Positions 1-11,353 of a stretch of DNA of 64,000 bases are shown here, piece by piece. Source of the DNA: Xanthobacteraceae bacterium (GTDB taxonomy: Bacteria; Pseudomonadota; Alphaproteobacteria; Rhizobiales; Xanthobacteraceae). The notes below the pieces were generated by a model, which was not told the origin of the DNA, did not search any database, and was given only the letters and a program-made list of their open reading frames with translations. Numbering within the stretch: position 1 is the stretch's first letter; each line of letters begins with the position of its first letter. The translations under genes and the position numbers were made by a program. Location of the stretch: positions 1,552 to 65,551 of the forward strand of contig JBEVJT010000113.1 of the NCBI GenBank assembly GCA_040510075.1. The letters run 5' to 3'.

Positions 1-60
1 CCGAGCCCACCATGTTGGTTCACGTTAGGTGATTTTGCCCACCCTACATCCATCTGAACC

Positions 61-939
61 ATGCCCAGTCTCAAAGACCTGCGGGTGCGCATCGCCGCCA
101 CCAAGGCGACGCAGAAGATCACCAAGGCCATGCAGATGGTCGCGGCCTCCAAGCTGCGGCGCGCGCAGGCGGTCGCGGAAGCCGCGCGTCCCTACGCGCA
201 GCACATGCACGAGGTGCTGGGAAACATCGCCCGTTCGATTGGACAATCAGACACGGCGCCGCGCCTCCTCACCGGCACCGGCCGGGATGACGTACACCTC
301 CTGCTTGTCTGCACGGCCGAGCGCGGGCTCTGCGGTCCGTTCAATTCGGCCATCGCGCGGCTGGCTCGTGAACGCGCCTATGCGCTTCTCTCCCAAGGCA
401 AGCAGGTGAAATTCTACTGTGTCGGGCGCAAGGGCTACGAGCAGCTGCGGCGCCTGTTCGATAAGCAGATCATCGAGCACATCGAGCTGCGCGCGGTGCG
501 CACGCTCGCTTTCGAAAATGCGCAGGACGTCGCCGAGCGCATCCTGCGGCGCTATGAGCAGGGTGAATTCGACGTGTGTACGATGTTCTTTTCGCGGTTC
601 AAGTCGGTCATCGCGCAGATTCCTACTGCGCAGCAAGTCATCCCGCCGGAACTCACCGAGGAGGGCGCGGCCGAGACGGGCGCCGCCGCTTACGAATATG
701 AGCCGGACGAAGACGAGATTCTGGCGGAGCTGCTCCCGCGCAACCTCGCCGTGCAGATTTTCCGCGCTCTGCTGGAGAACGCGGCGTCCTTCTACGGTGC
801 GCAGATGAGCGCCATGGACAACGCCACCCGCAATGCCGGCGAGATGATTCGCATGCAGACCTTGCGCTACAACCGCACGCGCCAGGCGATGATCACCAAG
901 GAGCTGATCGAGATCATCTCCGGGGCCGAGGCCGTGTGA
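61..939 (+). CDS. atpG: F1F0 ATP synthase gamma subunit
   Basis: 292-aa ORF. N-terminus [36 protein letters not shown] and C-terminus [21 protein letters not shown] are typical gamma-subunit signatures. It lies directly upstream of atpD. Confidence 0.96.
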   Translation: MPSLKDLRVRIAATKATQKITKAMQMVAASKLRRAQAVAEAARPYAQHMHEVLGNIARSIGQSDTAPRLLTGTGRDDVHLLLVCTAERGLCGPFNSAIARLARERAYALLSQGKQVKFYCVGRKGYEQLRRLFDKQIIEHIELRAVRTLAFENAQDVAERILRRYEQGEFDVCTMFFSRFKSVIAQIPTAQQVIPPELTEEGAAETGAAAYEYEPDEDEILAELLPRNLAVQIFRALLENAASFYGAQMSAMDNATRNAGEMIRMQTLRYNRTRQAMITKELIEIISGAEAV

Positions 940-967
940 TGCAGCGGACCCACAGGCCTGTGATTAT

Positions 968-1008
968 GGATTCCGGCTCTCGGCCTTGCAGGCCTCGGCC
1001 GGAATGAC
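968..1008. repeat. Intergenic palindromic element (GGATTCCGG...CCGGAATGAC type)
   Basis: Arms attccggc (970-977) and gccggaat (998-1005) enclose an inner ggcct/aggcc stem in the atpG-atpD spacer. Same arm design as the elements at 2528-2555 and 17717-17740. Confidence 0.6.
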
Positions 1009-1023
1009 GGCACAATTGAGTAA

Positions 1024-2472
<1,449 letters not shown>

Positions 2473-2484
2473 AAATCGGACGTC

Positions 2485-2555
2485 ACCCGCGAGCTTGACC
2501 CGCGGGTCCATCTCCTTCTCAAAAGATGGATTGCCGGGTCAAGCCCGGCAATGAC
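2485..2555. repeat. Two adjacent intergenic hairpins (acccgcg/cgcgggt and attgccggg/cccggcaat)
   Basis: Perfect inverted repeats at 2485-2507 and 2530-2552 in the atpD-atpC spacer. The second ends in the same ...GGCAATGAC tail as the 968 and 17717 elements. Confidence 0.6.
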
Positions 2556-2570
2556 GAACGGGAGGACCAC

Positions 2571-2972
2571 ATGGCCAGCTTGCATTTCGACCTCGTTGCG
2601 CCGGAGAAGCTCCTCTTCAGTGGCGAAGTGCGCCAGGTCGATCTCCCCGGCGCCGAGGGCGATTTCGGCGTGCTTGCCGATCACGCGCCACTGATTGCGA
2701 CCCTGCGCCCCGGGGTGCTTGTCATCCATGAGGAAGCGGGCGAACGGCTGCGCATCGTCGTGCATGGCGGTTTTGCGGAAGTGACGGCTTCGGGCCTCAC
2801 CGTGCTCGCCGATGCGGCGGTTCCTGCCGAGGAAGTCGATGTCGACGTGCTCTCCGGGATCATCAAGGATACCGAGGAAGACGTCGCCGATACCAAGGAC
2901 GACTGGCAGCGCGACAAGCTTTCCCGCCGGCTCGCGCAGCTGCGCGCACTGCGCGAAGAGCTAGCGCATTGA
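2571..2972 (+). CDS. atpC: F1F0 ATP synthase epsilon subunit
   Basis: The track ORF 2526..2972 runs into the repeat element. The conserved N-terminus MASLHFDLVAPEKLLFSGEV starts at the ATG at 2571, giving 133 aa, and the position after atpD fits. Confidence 0.9.
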   Translation: MASLHFDLVAPEKLLFSGEVRQVDLPGAEGDFGVLADHAPLIATLRPGVLVIHEEAGERLRIVVHGGFAEVTASGLTVLADAAVPAEEVDVDVLSGIIKDTEEDVADTKDDWQRDKLSRRLAQLRALREELAH

Positions 2973-3071
2973 AGCGTGCTTTGCGCCGAGCGGATTGAGT
3001 GGCGGATTACGCCGGAGCCTGCCATCGGGCCGCGCATAGCGCGCACCCGTTGGGCACCCGGATTTCACCGC

Positions 3072-3575
3072 TTAAGGAGCGGCGAATTTCGCAAATTCGC
3101 GTACAACGCGCTCGTAAGTCGCGCGCTTGAAGGGCACGATCATCGATGGCAGCTTCTCGAGACTCCCCCAGCGCCACTCGACGAACTCAGGCTTGTGACC
3201 GCCTGCGGGATGTTCGATGTCGATCTCGCCATCGTTGCCGACAAAGCGCAGCGCATACCATTTCTGCGTTTGGCCCCGGTATCTGCCTTTCCAGGCCTGC
3301 CCCACGATCTCGCGCGGGATGTCGTATTTGAGCCATTCCTCGATCTCGGCGAGCTTCTCGACCGAACGGATGTTCGTCTCCTCATAAAGCTCGCGCAGGG
3401 CGGCCGGCCAGGGATCCTCGCCCGAGTCGATGCCGCCCTGGGGCATCTGCCACACATGCGTATCGTCGACATGTTCAGGGCCGTCGATGCGGCGTCCGAT
3501 GAACACGAGGCCCGCGCGGTTGAACACAGCCATGCCGGCGCAAGGGCGATAAGGCAGAGCCTCAAAGGCAGGCAT
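3072..3575 (-). CDS. rppH: RNA pyrophosphohydrolase (NUDIX hydrolase, RppH/IalA-like)
   Basis: 167 aa with Nudix box [23 protein letters not shown] and [11 protein letters not shown] at the N-terminus. Confidence 0.92.
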   Translation of the reverse strand: MPAFEALPYRPCAGMAVFNRAGLVFIGRRIDGPEHVDDTHVWQMPQGGIDSGEDPWPAALRELYEETNIRSVEKLAEIEEWLKYDIPREIVGQAWKGRYRGQTQKWYALRFVGNDGEIDIEHPAGGHKPEFVEWRWGSLEKLPSMIVPFKRATYERVVREFAKFAAP

Positions 3576-3580
3576 GGTCT

Positions 3581-3883
3581 TCAGGGGGAATTATGAATGG
3601 AGCGCCTGGCGACAGCGCCGCGTTTCGGCTTTTCGGCCGGGCGTTGCTCCACCTCCGCCTCGTCGGGCGGCGGTGCGGGAAGCACAACTTCCTGACGCTT
3701 GCCGCTGGTCCCGTCGATGATGGTCACGGTTCTCACGGCCGCAGGCGCCGGCGTTTCGATCCGAACCGAATCGGGTGCCGGTTCCTCTGCTGCCGCTTGT
3801 TTTGCTGCCCCTGCAGATTGCGCTTCAGCCGATCCGGTGCTGGCGGGTTTGTCTGGTGCAGGGGCGGACGGCTCATTCGACAT
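3581..3883 (-). CDS. Hypothetical Pro/Ala-rich protein; possible remnant of a longer gene
   Basis: 100-aa ORF lying 5 nt upstream of rppH. It is low-complexity apart from [17 protein letters not shown] and overlaps ORF 3873..4481 by 11 nt in a different frame. No family recognised with certainty. Confidence 0.35.
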   Translation of the reverse strand: MSNEPSAPAPDKPASTGSAEAQSAGAAKQAAAEEPAPDSVRIETPAPAAVRTVTIIDGTSGKRQEVVLPAPPPDEAEVEQRPAEKPKRGAVARRSIHNSP

Positions 3884-4481
3884 TATGGCCCATCGCGAAA
3901 GTCACGACGAAAGCCGCGAGTGCGCACCGGATCAGAGCTGAGACAGAAAGCGGACGTCGGTTGCGTTCGGCAGGGCGATGCTGTCCCAATGGAGCGCTCA
4001 TTTCATCGAGGATCATGCCCAGATCTCGCCACGCGGTTATGTCCGGGGAGGCACCGGACGAATCGTGCAATAGAGTAGCACCCTCAAGTATTAACCAACC
4101 GTTTGTTAGGGGGCTGGACGACCCCGCTTCTCTGTCTCTGGCGATCGACCAGCTGACGCCAAGGACGACATTCAGAACGTTCCACGGATCGGACCAGAAG
4201 CCGGGGCCGAGCGCACGCGTCGAAATTTCGAAAGTACCCGTTTTCCAGCAGAGAGCGTCGAGAAAACTCGGAAAGGCAATCGCTGCGGCGACCAGCACGG
4301 TGAGAACTGATTGCGGGGCAAAGAATCGAACGGCTAGGGCATAGAGCACGCCGGTCAGAAGAAACGGCATGCCGAGAACGACGTACAGCGACGTAAACCA
4401 GAACCCCATGTAGACCGGGCCCATGAACAGTCTTTCCGCCGACGACCGGTCCCACGGCCGGAAAAACGAGGACGATCGCAA
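3873..4481 (-). CDS. Hypothetical membrane protein of atypical composition, possibly chimeric
   Basis: 202-aa ORF with 3-4 hydrophobic helices in residues 20-115. Third-position GC is visibly lower than in neighbouring genes. The C-terminal 42 aa (MSAPLGQHRPAERNRRPLSVSALIRCALAAFVVTFAMG, from the ATG at 4001) look like an independent N-terminal membrane anchor. Confidence 0.4.
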   Translation of the reverse strand: MRSSSFFRPWDRSSAERLFMGPVYMGFWFTSLYVVLGMPFLLTGVLYALAVRFFAPQSVLTVLVAAAIAFPSFLDALCWKTGTFEISTRALGPGFWSDPWNVLNVVLGVSWSIARDREAGSSSPLTNGWLILEGATLLHDSSGASPDITAWRDLGMILDEMSAPLGQHRPAERNRRPLSVSALIRCALAAFVVTFAMGHNVE

Positions 4482-4626
4482 TCATGCTGCCGCCGAAACC
4501 TCGCGGCGCTTACCGCTCATCGACGATACAACGTCACAGTTCTTTGCACTTCGTACCGGAGTTCACCTTTCGCTCTTTGTGGCGGAAGGTGTCAATGCGT
4601 GGAGACCGCATTCGCTGGCTGAGCGC

Positions 4627-4661
4627 AAAAAAAACGGGGCGGCGCAGGGCCGCCCCGTTTT
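4627..4661 (-). terminator. Rho-independent terminator downstream of ctpA
   Basis: Perfect 9-bp stem cggggcggc/gccgccccg (4635-4643 / 4649-4657) with a 5-nt loop. A run of 8 A on the plus strand (U8 on the minus transcript) lies 20 nt after the ctpA stop. Confidence 0.85.
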
Positions 4662-4681
4662 CAATGCCGGTTGTTTGAAGT

Positions 4682-6010
4682 TCAGTTCGGGACCGCGGTC
4701 TTCGGATTCGGCGGATACGCCGAGTTCTTTTGCACGCCGCGGATGAGGTCGAGCGCGGTATGCAGCGCACGGTCATCCTTCGGATCCGGCGGAATGTAGG
4801 ACTGTGAGCCTGTCTGTTCGTCGCCCTCCGCCTTCAGATGGCCGCGCAGCGAGGCTTCTCCGCGCGTGTCGGTGCGCGACTTCAGCTCCTCGGGCACCTC
4901 CTGCATCACCTCGATGTCAGGCGAGATTCCCTTCGCCTGGATCGAGCGGCCCGACGGGGTGAAATACCGCGCCGTGGTCAGCCGCAATGCGCCGTTGCCG
5001 GAGCCGAGCGGAATGATGGTCTGCACCGAACCTTTGCCGAAGGAGCGTGTGCCGATGACGGTCGCGCGCCTGTGATCCTGCAGCGCGCCTGCCACGATCT
5101 CCGACGCCGAAGCCGACCCGCCGTTGATCAGAACGATGAGCGGCTTGGTCTTGGTGAGATCGCCGGCGCGCGCGTTGAAGCGCTGCGTTTCTTCCGCATT
5201 GCGCCCACGCGTCGAGACAATCTCACCCTTCTCAAGGAACGTATCTGAGACCGAGATGGCCTGATCGAGCAGACCGCCAGGGTTGTTGCGCAGATCGATG
5301 ACGAAGCCCTTGAGCTTGTCGCCGGACTGGGCATTGAGATCGGCAATCGCCTTCTTTAGCCCTTCCGTCGTCTGCTCGTTGAACTGCGTGATACGGATGA
5401 ATCCCACGTCCTCGTCTTCGAGGCGTGAGCGCACCGAGCGCACGCGGATGATGTCGCGCGTGATCGAAACCTCGACGGGCTTGTCCTGGCCCTTGCGCAT
5501 GATCTTGAGCCTGATCTTGGTGTTCACCGGCCCGCGCATCTTCTCGACCGCCTGATTGAGCGTGAGTCCCTGCACCGGCTCGTCATCGAGGTGGGTGATG
5601 ATGTCGTTCGCCATGACGCCGGCCTTTGCGGCGGGCGTCTCGTCGATGGGAGCGACCACTTTGATCAGTCCCTCTTCCATGGTGACTTCGATGCCCAGGC
5701 CGCCGAACTCGCCGCGGGTCTGCACCTGCATGTCGCGGAAGCTCTTTGGGTCCATGTAGCTCGAATGCGGGTCGAGCCCGGCAAGCATGCCGTTGATCGC
5801 CGATTCGATCAGCTTGCTATCGTCCGGCTTCTCCACGTAATCGGCGCGAACGCGCTCGAAAACGTCGCCGAACAGGCTGAGCTGCCGATAGGTGTCGGCC
5901 GCGGCTGCCTGCGCGCGCGAGCCGTCGAACACGATACGCGGTTGAGTTGTGACCAACGTAACGGCAATGCCTGCCGCGGCGCCGAGGAGAATAAGGGACG
6001 TTTTGCGCAT
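4682..6010 (-). CDS. ctpA: Carboxy-terminal processing protease (S41 family)
   Basis: 442 aa with a PDZ region (GGLGIEVTMEEGLIKVVAPIDETPAAKAGVMANDIITHLDDEPV) and an S41 core (VLINGGSASASEIVAGALQDHRRATVIGTRSFGKGSVQ). Confidence 0.95.
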   Translation of the reverse strand: MRKTSLILLGAAAGIAVTLVTTQPRIVFDGSRAQAAAADTYRQLSLFGDVFERVRADYVEKPDDSKLIESAINGMLAGLDPHSSYMDPKSFRDMQVQTRGEFGGLGIEVTMEEGLIKVVAPIDETPAAKAGVMANDIITHLDDEPVQGLTLNQAVEKMRGPVNTKIRLKIMRKGQDKPVEVSITRDIIRVRSVRSRLEDEDVGFIRITQFNEQTTEGLKKAIADLNAQSGDKLKGFVIDLRNNPGGLLDQAISVSDTFLEKGEIVSTRGRNAEETQRFNARAGDLTKTKPLIVLINGGSASASEIVAGALQDHRRATVIGTRSFGKGSVQTIIPLGSGNGALRLTTARYFTPSGRSIQAKGISPDIEVMQEVPEELKSRTDTRGEASLRGHLKAEGDEQTGSQSYIPPDPKDDRALHTALDLIRGVQKNSAYPPNPKTAVPN

Positions 6011-7458
6011 TATCCGCGAACCTTCTGGACTTCAGTTGTGGCCCACCATGGGCTTGGATCGACGGGCACCCCGTCTTTCCGGAATTCCACATATAGTACG
6101 GGCTGGCTTGAACCGCCCGCCAGCACAAACGGAGAGGGGCTACCGCTCCCCATCACCGCAACGGGCTCACCCGTCACGACAAATTGCCCCAGATCGACGG
6201 AGATTCGTTCCATCCCGGCGAGCAGCACATGATACCCGCCGCCCACATTAAGGATCAAGAGTTGGCCATAATTGCGGAAGGCGCCGGCGTAAACCACCCA
6301 GCCGTCGCACGGAGCTGTGATCTGCGTGCCGGCGCGGGCTGCCAAGGACAGGCCTTTTTCCGTGCCGCCGAGCCCATCGGACGTGCCGAACTCCTTGATT
6401 CTCGTGCCCTTTACGGGGAGCGGCAGCAACCCTTTGGCGGAAGCGAAGGCGACTGCGGGCGAAATGCGCCCAGGATCGCGCAGGGCGGCGAGATCGGGAC
6501 GGATATCGAGCGCTCTGCGCTCCTCGGTTCCGCGCGCCGCCATGCGTGCGGAACGCCCCGCGCTGTCGAGATTTTGCTCGATCTGGTTAATCAGTTCCTT
6601 GAGGTTTTCTGCCTGGCGCGCAAGCAGCTGGGCACGCTGACGCTCGTCGGTCAGCACTTTCTCGGCTTCCGCTTGCCGCTTCTGGCGTTCCTCGACGAAA
6701 GCCGACAGCCGTTGGCGTTCGTCGGCCAGGACGAATAGATCCCGCGCGCGCTTATCCCGCTCGCCGGCGATCTCCTTGCGCAGCCGCACAAGCTCGGCGA
6801 GGTCGGCCGCGAGCATCTCGGCCTGCTGGCGCATTTCAGGAACAATCGCACCGAGCAGCATCGCGGAGCGCACGGATTGCAGGGCATCTTCCGCGGGAAC
6901 GAGCAGCGCCGGCGGCGCGTGGCGGCCGATGCGCTGAAGCGCCGCGAGCACTTCGCCAATGGCGTTTTGGCGCTGCTGCAGTGATGCGCGCAGCGCCTGT
7001 TCGCTGTCTTCGAGCGGTTGCAACCGCTGCTGGGTCTGTTCGATCTGCTCCTCGACCGCGGCAACCCGCGCGGCGGTCTCGATAATCTGCTGATTGAATT
7101 TGCGGCGATCGTCGCCGATCTGCTCGATCTCGCGTTTGAGCTTGGCCTCGTTCTCGAGAGTTCGGCGCTGCGCGGCGCGCAGCTTCTCGAGTTCAGCATC
7201 GCGTTGCTTGAGATCTTCGAGGCTCGCCGGCGCAGGGGGTGGACTGAGGTCGAGCGGCCGGCTGCGCGGCTGCGGCACTGACTGCGCCTGGGCGAGCTCG
7301 TAGCCCGGATGAGCGCAGCGATATCCGGGGCTGTCCCCGCATGTCGCTTCGCTCATGCGGGCTACCGGGTCGGCACGAGAAACCGTCGGCGACAGCGCGA
7401 TGGAGGAGGCGCCGAGCATGGCCAGCATGATGGGACGCACCGCAATGGAGCAGGGCAT
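6010..7458 (-). CDS. M23/LytM-domain peptidase with coiled-coil region (EnvC-like murein hydrolase activator)
   Basis: 482 aa with a signal-like N-terminus, a long Q/E/R-rich coiled coil, and a C-terminal LytM domain (ITAPCDGWVVYAGAFRNYGQLLILNVGGGYHVLLAGM). Its stop overlaps the ctpA start by 1 nt. Confidence 0.88.
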   Translation of the reverse strand: MPCSIAVRPIMLAMLGASSIALSPTVSRADPVARMSEATCGDSPGYRCAHPGYELAQAQSVPQPRSRPLDLSPPPAPASLEDLKQRDAELEKLRAAQRRTLENEAKLKREIEQIGDDRRKFNQQIIETAARVAAVEEQIEQTQQRLQPLEDSEQALRASLQQRQNAIGEVLAALQRIGRHAPPALLVPAEDALQSVRSAMLLGAIVPEMRQQAEMLAADLAELVRLRKEIAGERDKRARDLFVLADERQRLSAFVEERQKRQAEAEKVLTDERQRAQLLARQAENLKELINQIEQNLDSAGRSARMAARGTEERRALDIRPDLAALRDPGRISPAVAFASAKGLLPLPVKGTRIKEFGTSDGLGGTEKGLSLAARAGTQITAPCDGWVVYAGAFRNYGQLLILNVGGGYHVLLAGMERISVDLGQFVVTGEPVAVMGSGSPSPFVLAGGSSQPVLYVEFRKDGVPVDPSPWWATTEVQKVRG

Positions 7459-7634
7459 GACCCCATCACTCCCGCATAAGCAAAAAGCGGTCCAAACGAT
7501 CCATGTCGGTCATAGTTACCATGATTGGCGCGGGATTAGGGCCGGAACGGACGACAGGGCAGCGAGTATAGAAAAGACATTCTTTTGCCATTTGTGCTCC
7601 GTCGTCTGACCTGCGTCGTCTGAAGGGGGCTGAA

Positions 7635-8294
7635 ATGAGTCACGGGACGCACGCCGTCCAGCACGAAGTGGAGCATCAGATCGAGCACGACGATCCTCAA
7701 CAGCCGGGGATAAGCCAGAATCGGAAGATCGCGCTGCTGATTGCGATCATCGCGCTTTTCCTTGCGCTGTCTGAAACTCTAGGCAAAAGCGCGCAGACGC
7801 TCGGCATCGAACTCAACATCAAGGCTTCAGATAGCTGGAATTTCTTCCAGGCAAAGACAATCCGGCAGACGACGCTGCGCACGGCTGCAGAAGCTTTGGC
7901 CGTCGAGACCGCGGGCCGGCCCGACGACGCCGCGAAGGCGGAGATGACCAAGCAGATCGAGCGCTGGCGGGCGACGGTCACCCGCTACGAGTCCGATCCG
8001 AAGGAAAAGGACGGGCGCAAGGAGCTGCGCGCTCAGGCGGAGGAATACGAGCGCGCGCGCGATGTTGCGATGGCGCGCTACCACAATTACGAATTCGGCT
8101 CCGCGGCCTACCAAATAGGGATCGTGCTCGCGTCGTCTGCAGTGATCACCGGCATGATGGCGCTCGCGTATGGGGCCATCGGACTTCTGGCGGTGGGCAT
8201 CGTTTTCAACGGCATGGCGCTGTTTGCGCCTCACCTGCCCCACGACGCGCTGCATCGGGTGCAGCATCTTTTCGCCGCGACCGGAGCGCATTGA
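7635..8294 (+). CDS. DUF4337-like membrane protein
   Basis: 219 aa. The pattern NRKIALLIAIIALFLALSETLGKSAQT...SWNFFQAKTIRQT plus a C-terminal TM pair matches my recollection of DUF4337. Confidence 0.7.
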   Translation: MSHGTHAVQHEVEHQIEHDDPQQPGISQNRKIALLIAIIALFLALSETLGKSAQTLGIELNIKASDSWNFFQAKTIRQTTLRTAAEALAVETAGRPDDAAKAEMTKQIERWRATVTRYESDPKEKDGRKELRAQAEEYERARDVAMARYHNYEFGSAAYQIGIVLASSAVITGMMALAYGAIGLLAVGIVFNGMALFAPHLPHDALHRVQHLFAATGAH

Positions 8295-8337
8295 CGCCGC
8301 CGTAGACTCGGTGCGCGCTCTCCCCCTGAAAGCGTCG

Positions 8338-8445
8338 TATCCCGGGCGCGGCGCAGCACGCGTGGTGCGCTGCAGACCCGGGACCGTTACGGTCTAGGGC
8401 GGTCCCGGAGCAGCGGTGCACCGCTTCGCGCTGCACCGCATCCGG
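8338..8445. repeat. Cluster of intergenic palindromes between convergent genes
   Basis: Nested inverted repeats tcccggg/cccggga (about 8340 / 8376) and gggaccg/cggtccc (about 8379 / 8400). The ...tgcgctgca..cc(c)gggac core occurs twice. The cluster lies downstream of both DUF4337 and lpdA. Confidence 0.45.
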
Positions 8446-8473
8446 GACACATGTGGGGGAGGTATGGAGCCGC

Positions 8474-9874
8474 TCACATATTGATTGCGCGTTTCGCGAC
8501 GGCGAGCGCTGCCTCCTTGACCCCCTCGGGCAGTGTCGGGTGCGCGTGGCACGTGCGCGCGATGTCCTCGGCGGCGGCGCCAAACTCCATGGCCATCGCC
8601 GCTTCGGCAATCATGTTGCCGGCATCGGAGCACATGATGTGCACGCCCAATACGCGATCGCTTTTCGCGTCCGCAAGGATTTTCACAAAGCCGTCGGTTT
8701 CCTGGTTCACCTTGGCGCGGGCATTTGCCGTGAACGGAAATTTTCCGGTGTTGTACGCAATGCCGTCCGCTTTCAGCTCCTCTTCGCTGCGTCCCACCAC
8801 CGCTATCTCCGGTGAGGTGTAGACCACGTTGGGGATGACTTCGTAGTTCACGTGTCCGGCCTGGCCCGCGAGAATTTCCGCGACCGCCACCCCCTCCTCC
8901 TCGGCCTTGTGCGCGAGCATCGGTCCCGCAATCACGTCGCCGATGGCGTAGATCCCTGCCAGGTTGGTCGCGTAGTGCGCGTCGACGATGATGCGCCCTT
9001 TGTTGTCGGTTTTGACCCCGAGCGCGTCTAACCCGAGCCCTTGAGTGTACGGAATACGCCCGATTGCGATCAGCGCCACGTCGGCATCGAGCGTCTGTGC
9101 GGCACCGCCTGCGCTCGGTTCCACCTTGGCCTTGAGCGATTTTGCCGAAGCGTCGATCGCGGTGATCTTGCACGCCAGCCGAAAGCTGATGCCCTGGCGT
9201 TCAAGTATGCGCTGGGCCTGCCGTGCGACCTCGGCGTCGATCCCGGGCAGGATGCGATCGAGATATTCGACGACCTGCACTTGCGCGCCGAGCCGTCGCC
9301 AGACCGAGCCGAGCTCAAGCCCGATAACTCCAGCACCGACGATCAACAGCTTTTTCGGTACATCGGGCAGCCTAAGCGCACCCGTCGAGGAGACGATGCG
9401 CTTCTCGTCGATATCGATGCCGGGAAGCCTCGCCACGTCGGAGCCCGTCGCGATCACGATCGACTTCGTTTCGATGCTCTCGCTCTTGCCGTCCCCAGTA
9501 TTCACTTCGACCTTGCCGGGCCCCGCGATGCGTCCCGCGCCCTGCCGCGTCTCTATCTTGTTCTTTCTGAACAGGAAGGCGACGCCCTTTACGTTGCCGT
9601 CGACGCCCTCCTGCTTGAATTTCATCATGCGCGCGAGATCGAGCCTGGGGTTGCCCAGCTCGATCCCCATGCCGGCAAAATGGTGAGCGGCCTGTTCGTA
9701 CAAGTGCGAACTGTGCAGCAGCGCCTTGGACGGAATGCAACCCACGTTCAGACAGGTGCCGCCGAAGGTCTTGTCCTTTTCGACGACGAGGACCTTGAAG
9801 CCGAGCTGCGCCGCGCGGATGGCGCAGACATAGCCGCCCGGCCCCGACCCAATCACCACCAGATCATAGGGCAT
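8474..9874 (-). CDS. lpdA: Dihydrolipoyl dehydrogenase (E3)
   Basis: 466 aa with FAD motif VIGSGPGGYVCAIRAAQLG, redox-active GGTCLNVGCIPSK and C-terminal HAHPTLPE. Confidence 0.97.
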   Translation of the reverse strand: MPYDLVVIGSGPGGYVCAIRAAQLGFKVLVVEKDKTFGGTCLNVGCIPSKALLHSSHLYEQAAHHFAGMGIELGNPRLDLARMMKFKQEGVDGNVKGVAFLFRKNKIETRQGAGRIAGPGKVEVNTGDGKSESIETKSIVIATGSDVARLPGIDIDEKRIVSSTGALRLPDVPKKLLIVGAGVIGLELGSVWRRLGAQVQVVEYLDRILPGIDAEVARQAQRILERQGISFRLACKITAIDASAKSLKAKVEPSAGGAAQTLDADVALIAIGRIPYTQGLGLDALGVKTDNKGRIIVDAHYATNLAGIYAIGDVIAGPMLAHKAEEEGVAVAEILAGQAGHVNYEVIPNVVYTSPEIAVVGRSEEELKADGIAYNTGKFPFTANARAKVNQETDGFVKILADAKSDRVLGVHIMCSDAGNMIAEAAMAMEFGAAAEDIARTCHAHPTLPEGVKEAALAVAKRAINM

Positions 9875-9898
9875 GGGCAGCGCGCGTCAGGCTTCGCA

Positions 9899-11188
9899 TC
9901 ACAGATCGAGCACGAGGCGGGTGGGGTCCTCGATCATCTCCTTCACCCGCACGAGAAACATCACCGCTTCGCGCCCGTCCACGAGCCGGTGATCGTAGCT
10001 CAGCGCGAGATACATCATCGGACGCGCTTCGATCTTGCCTGCGATCACCACCGGGCGTTCTTCGATCTTGTGCATGCCGAGGATACCCGATTGCGGCGCG
10101 TTGAGGATGGGCGTGGAAAGCAGCGAGCCGTAGACGCCGCCATTGCTGATCGTGAACGTTCCGCCCTGCATCTCTTCGAGTTTCAGCGTGCCCTCGCGCG
10201 CGCGGCGGCCGAACTCGGCGATCTCTTTTTCGATTTCCGCAAGGCTCTTGCGATCGGCAGCGCGCACCACCGGCACGACCAGCCCGCGTTCGGTGCCGAC
10301 GGCCACGCCGATGTGATAATAGTTCTTGTACACGATATCGGTGCCGTCGATTTCCGCATTCACGGAGGGGATGTCTTTGAGCGCCTGCACGCAGGCATGC
10401 ACGAAGAACCCCATGAAGCCGAGCCGCATGCCGTGCTTCTTTTCGAATGGATCCCGGTAACGGGCGCGCAATTCCATGACCGCGCTCATATCCGCCTCGT
10501 TGAAGGTGGTGAGCATGGCGGCAGTGTTCTGCGCTTCCTTGAGCCGGCGCGCGATGGTCTGGCGCAGGCGCGTCATCTTCACGCGCTCTTCGCGTGCGGC
10601 GTCGTCGGCCGGCGAGGGCGCCCGCAGCGCTGCCGCGGACTGGGCGACGGGGGTTGCGGCCGCGGCCGCGCGTTCGATGGCGGCAAGCATGTCGGCCTTG
10701 GTGAGGCGGCCGTCCTTGCCCGAGCCGGCGACGCTTGCGGGGTCGATGCCCGTTTCGGAGGCGAGCTTGCGCACCGAAGGGGCAAGCGGCGCGGCTGTCC
10801 CCGCCGGCCGTGCGGCGGGCTCTTCCTTGGGCTGCGCACGGGGTTGCGGCTGTTCCGGCCCCGCACCAATGGGAGCTGTCGTGTCGGTCTTCTTGTCGGG
10901 CCGGCCTGTCGGTGCCGCAGCTGCTTTGCCGGGCTTGAGCCCTGCAGCAGCACCTTCTTTGATTTCGCCGAGACGCGCGCCGACCGCGACCGTGTCGCCG
11001 TCCTTTGCGGCGATGTCGGAGAGCACGCCCGCTGCCGGCGCCGGCACTTCGATGGTCACCTTGTCGGTTTCAAGCTCCACCACCGGCTCATCGACGGCGA
11101 CCGGCTCGCCGACCTGCTTGAACCACTTGCCGATGGTTGCCTCGGTGACGGACTCGCCGAGTGTCGGCACCCGTATCTCAGCCATCAC
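9899..11188 (-). CDS. sucB: Dihydrolipoyllysine-residue succinyltransferase (2-oxoglutarate dehydrogenase E2)
   Basis: 429 aa with lipoyl domain [15 protein letters not shown], an Ala/Pro linker, and catalytic [14 protein letters not shown]. Confidence 0.96.
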   Translation of the reverse strand: MMAEIRVPTLGESVTEATIGKWFKQVGEPVAVDEPVVELETDKVTIEVPAPAAGVLSDIAAKDGDTVAVGARLGEIKEGAAAGLKPGKAAAAPTGRPDKKTDTTAPIGAGPEQPQPRAQPKEEPAARPAGTAAPLAPSVRKLASETGIDPASVAGSGKDGRLTKADMLAAIERAAAAATPVAQSAAALRAPSPADDAAREERVKMTRLRQTIARRLKEAQNTAAMLTTFNEADMSAVMELRARYRDPFEKKHGMRLGFMGFFVHACVQALKDIPSVNAEIDGTDIVYKNYYHIGVAVGTERGLVVPVVRAADRKSLAEIEKEIAEFGRRAREGTLKLEEMQGGTFTISNGGVYGSLLSTPILNAPQSGILGMHKIEERPVVIAGKIEARPMMYLALSYDHRLVDGREAVMFLVRVKEMIEDPTRLVLDL

Positions 11189-11201
11189 CGCCTCCTTTTA
11201 T

Positions 11202-11353
11202 CCTCCCCGCGCAGCGGGGAGGGTGGCCGAGCGAAGCGAGGTTCGGTGGGGGTCTTAGCGGCATGATGGCCGGTGCTGCCTTCCTTGTCACGACCCCACC
11301 CGTCTGACGCCCGACAAGCCGGGCGTCAGCAACTCTCCCCTTCGGGTGAGGGA
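11202..11353. repeat. REP-like hairpin cluster in the sucA-sucB spacer
   Basis: Three hairpins: cctcccc-gcgcagc-ggggagg (11202-11222), ctgacgccc...gggcgtcag (about 11304-11329) and ctctcccc-ttcg-ggtgaggg (about 11334-11353). The first motif recurs at 16501-16520. Confidence 0.65.

Noticed and set aside
1-60. Possible 3' end of atpA upstream of atpG
   Set aside because: All three forward frames hit stops within 60 nt and none reads like an AtpA C-terminus I can recognise. The segment is too short to annotate.
4084-4485. 133-aa alternative minus-strand ORF overlapping the hypothetical membrane protein
   Set aside because: The product is Arg/Ser/Val-rich with no hydrophobic periodicity or motifs. 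The overlapping frame 3873..4481 has better codon third-position bias and clear TM segments.
9041-11266. 741-aa plus-strand ORF spanning the lpdA and sucB region
   Set aside because: It is antisense to two genes with unmistakable motifs. The product is Arg/Ala/Gly/His-rich low-complexity sequence with no recognisable domain. This is the typical stop-codon-poor antisense frame of a high-GC genome.
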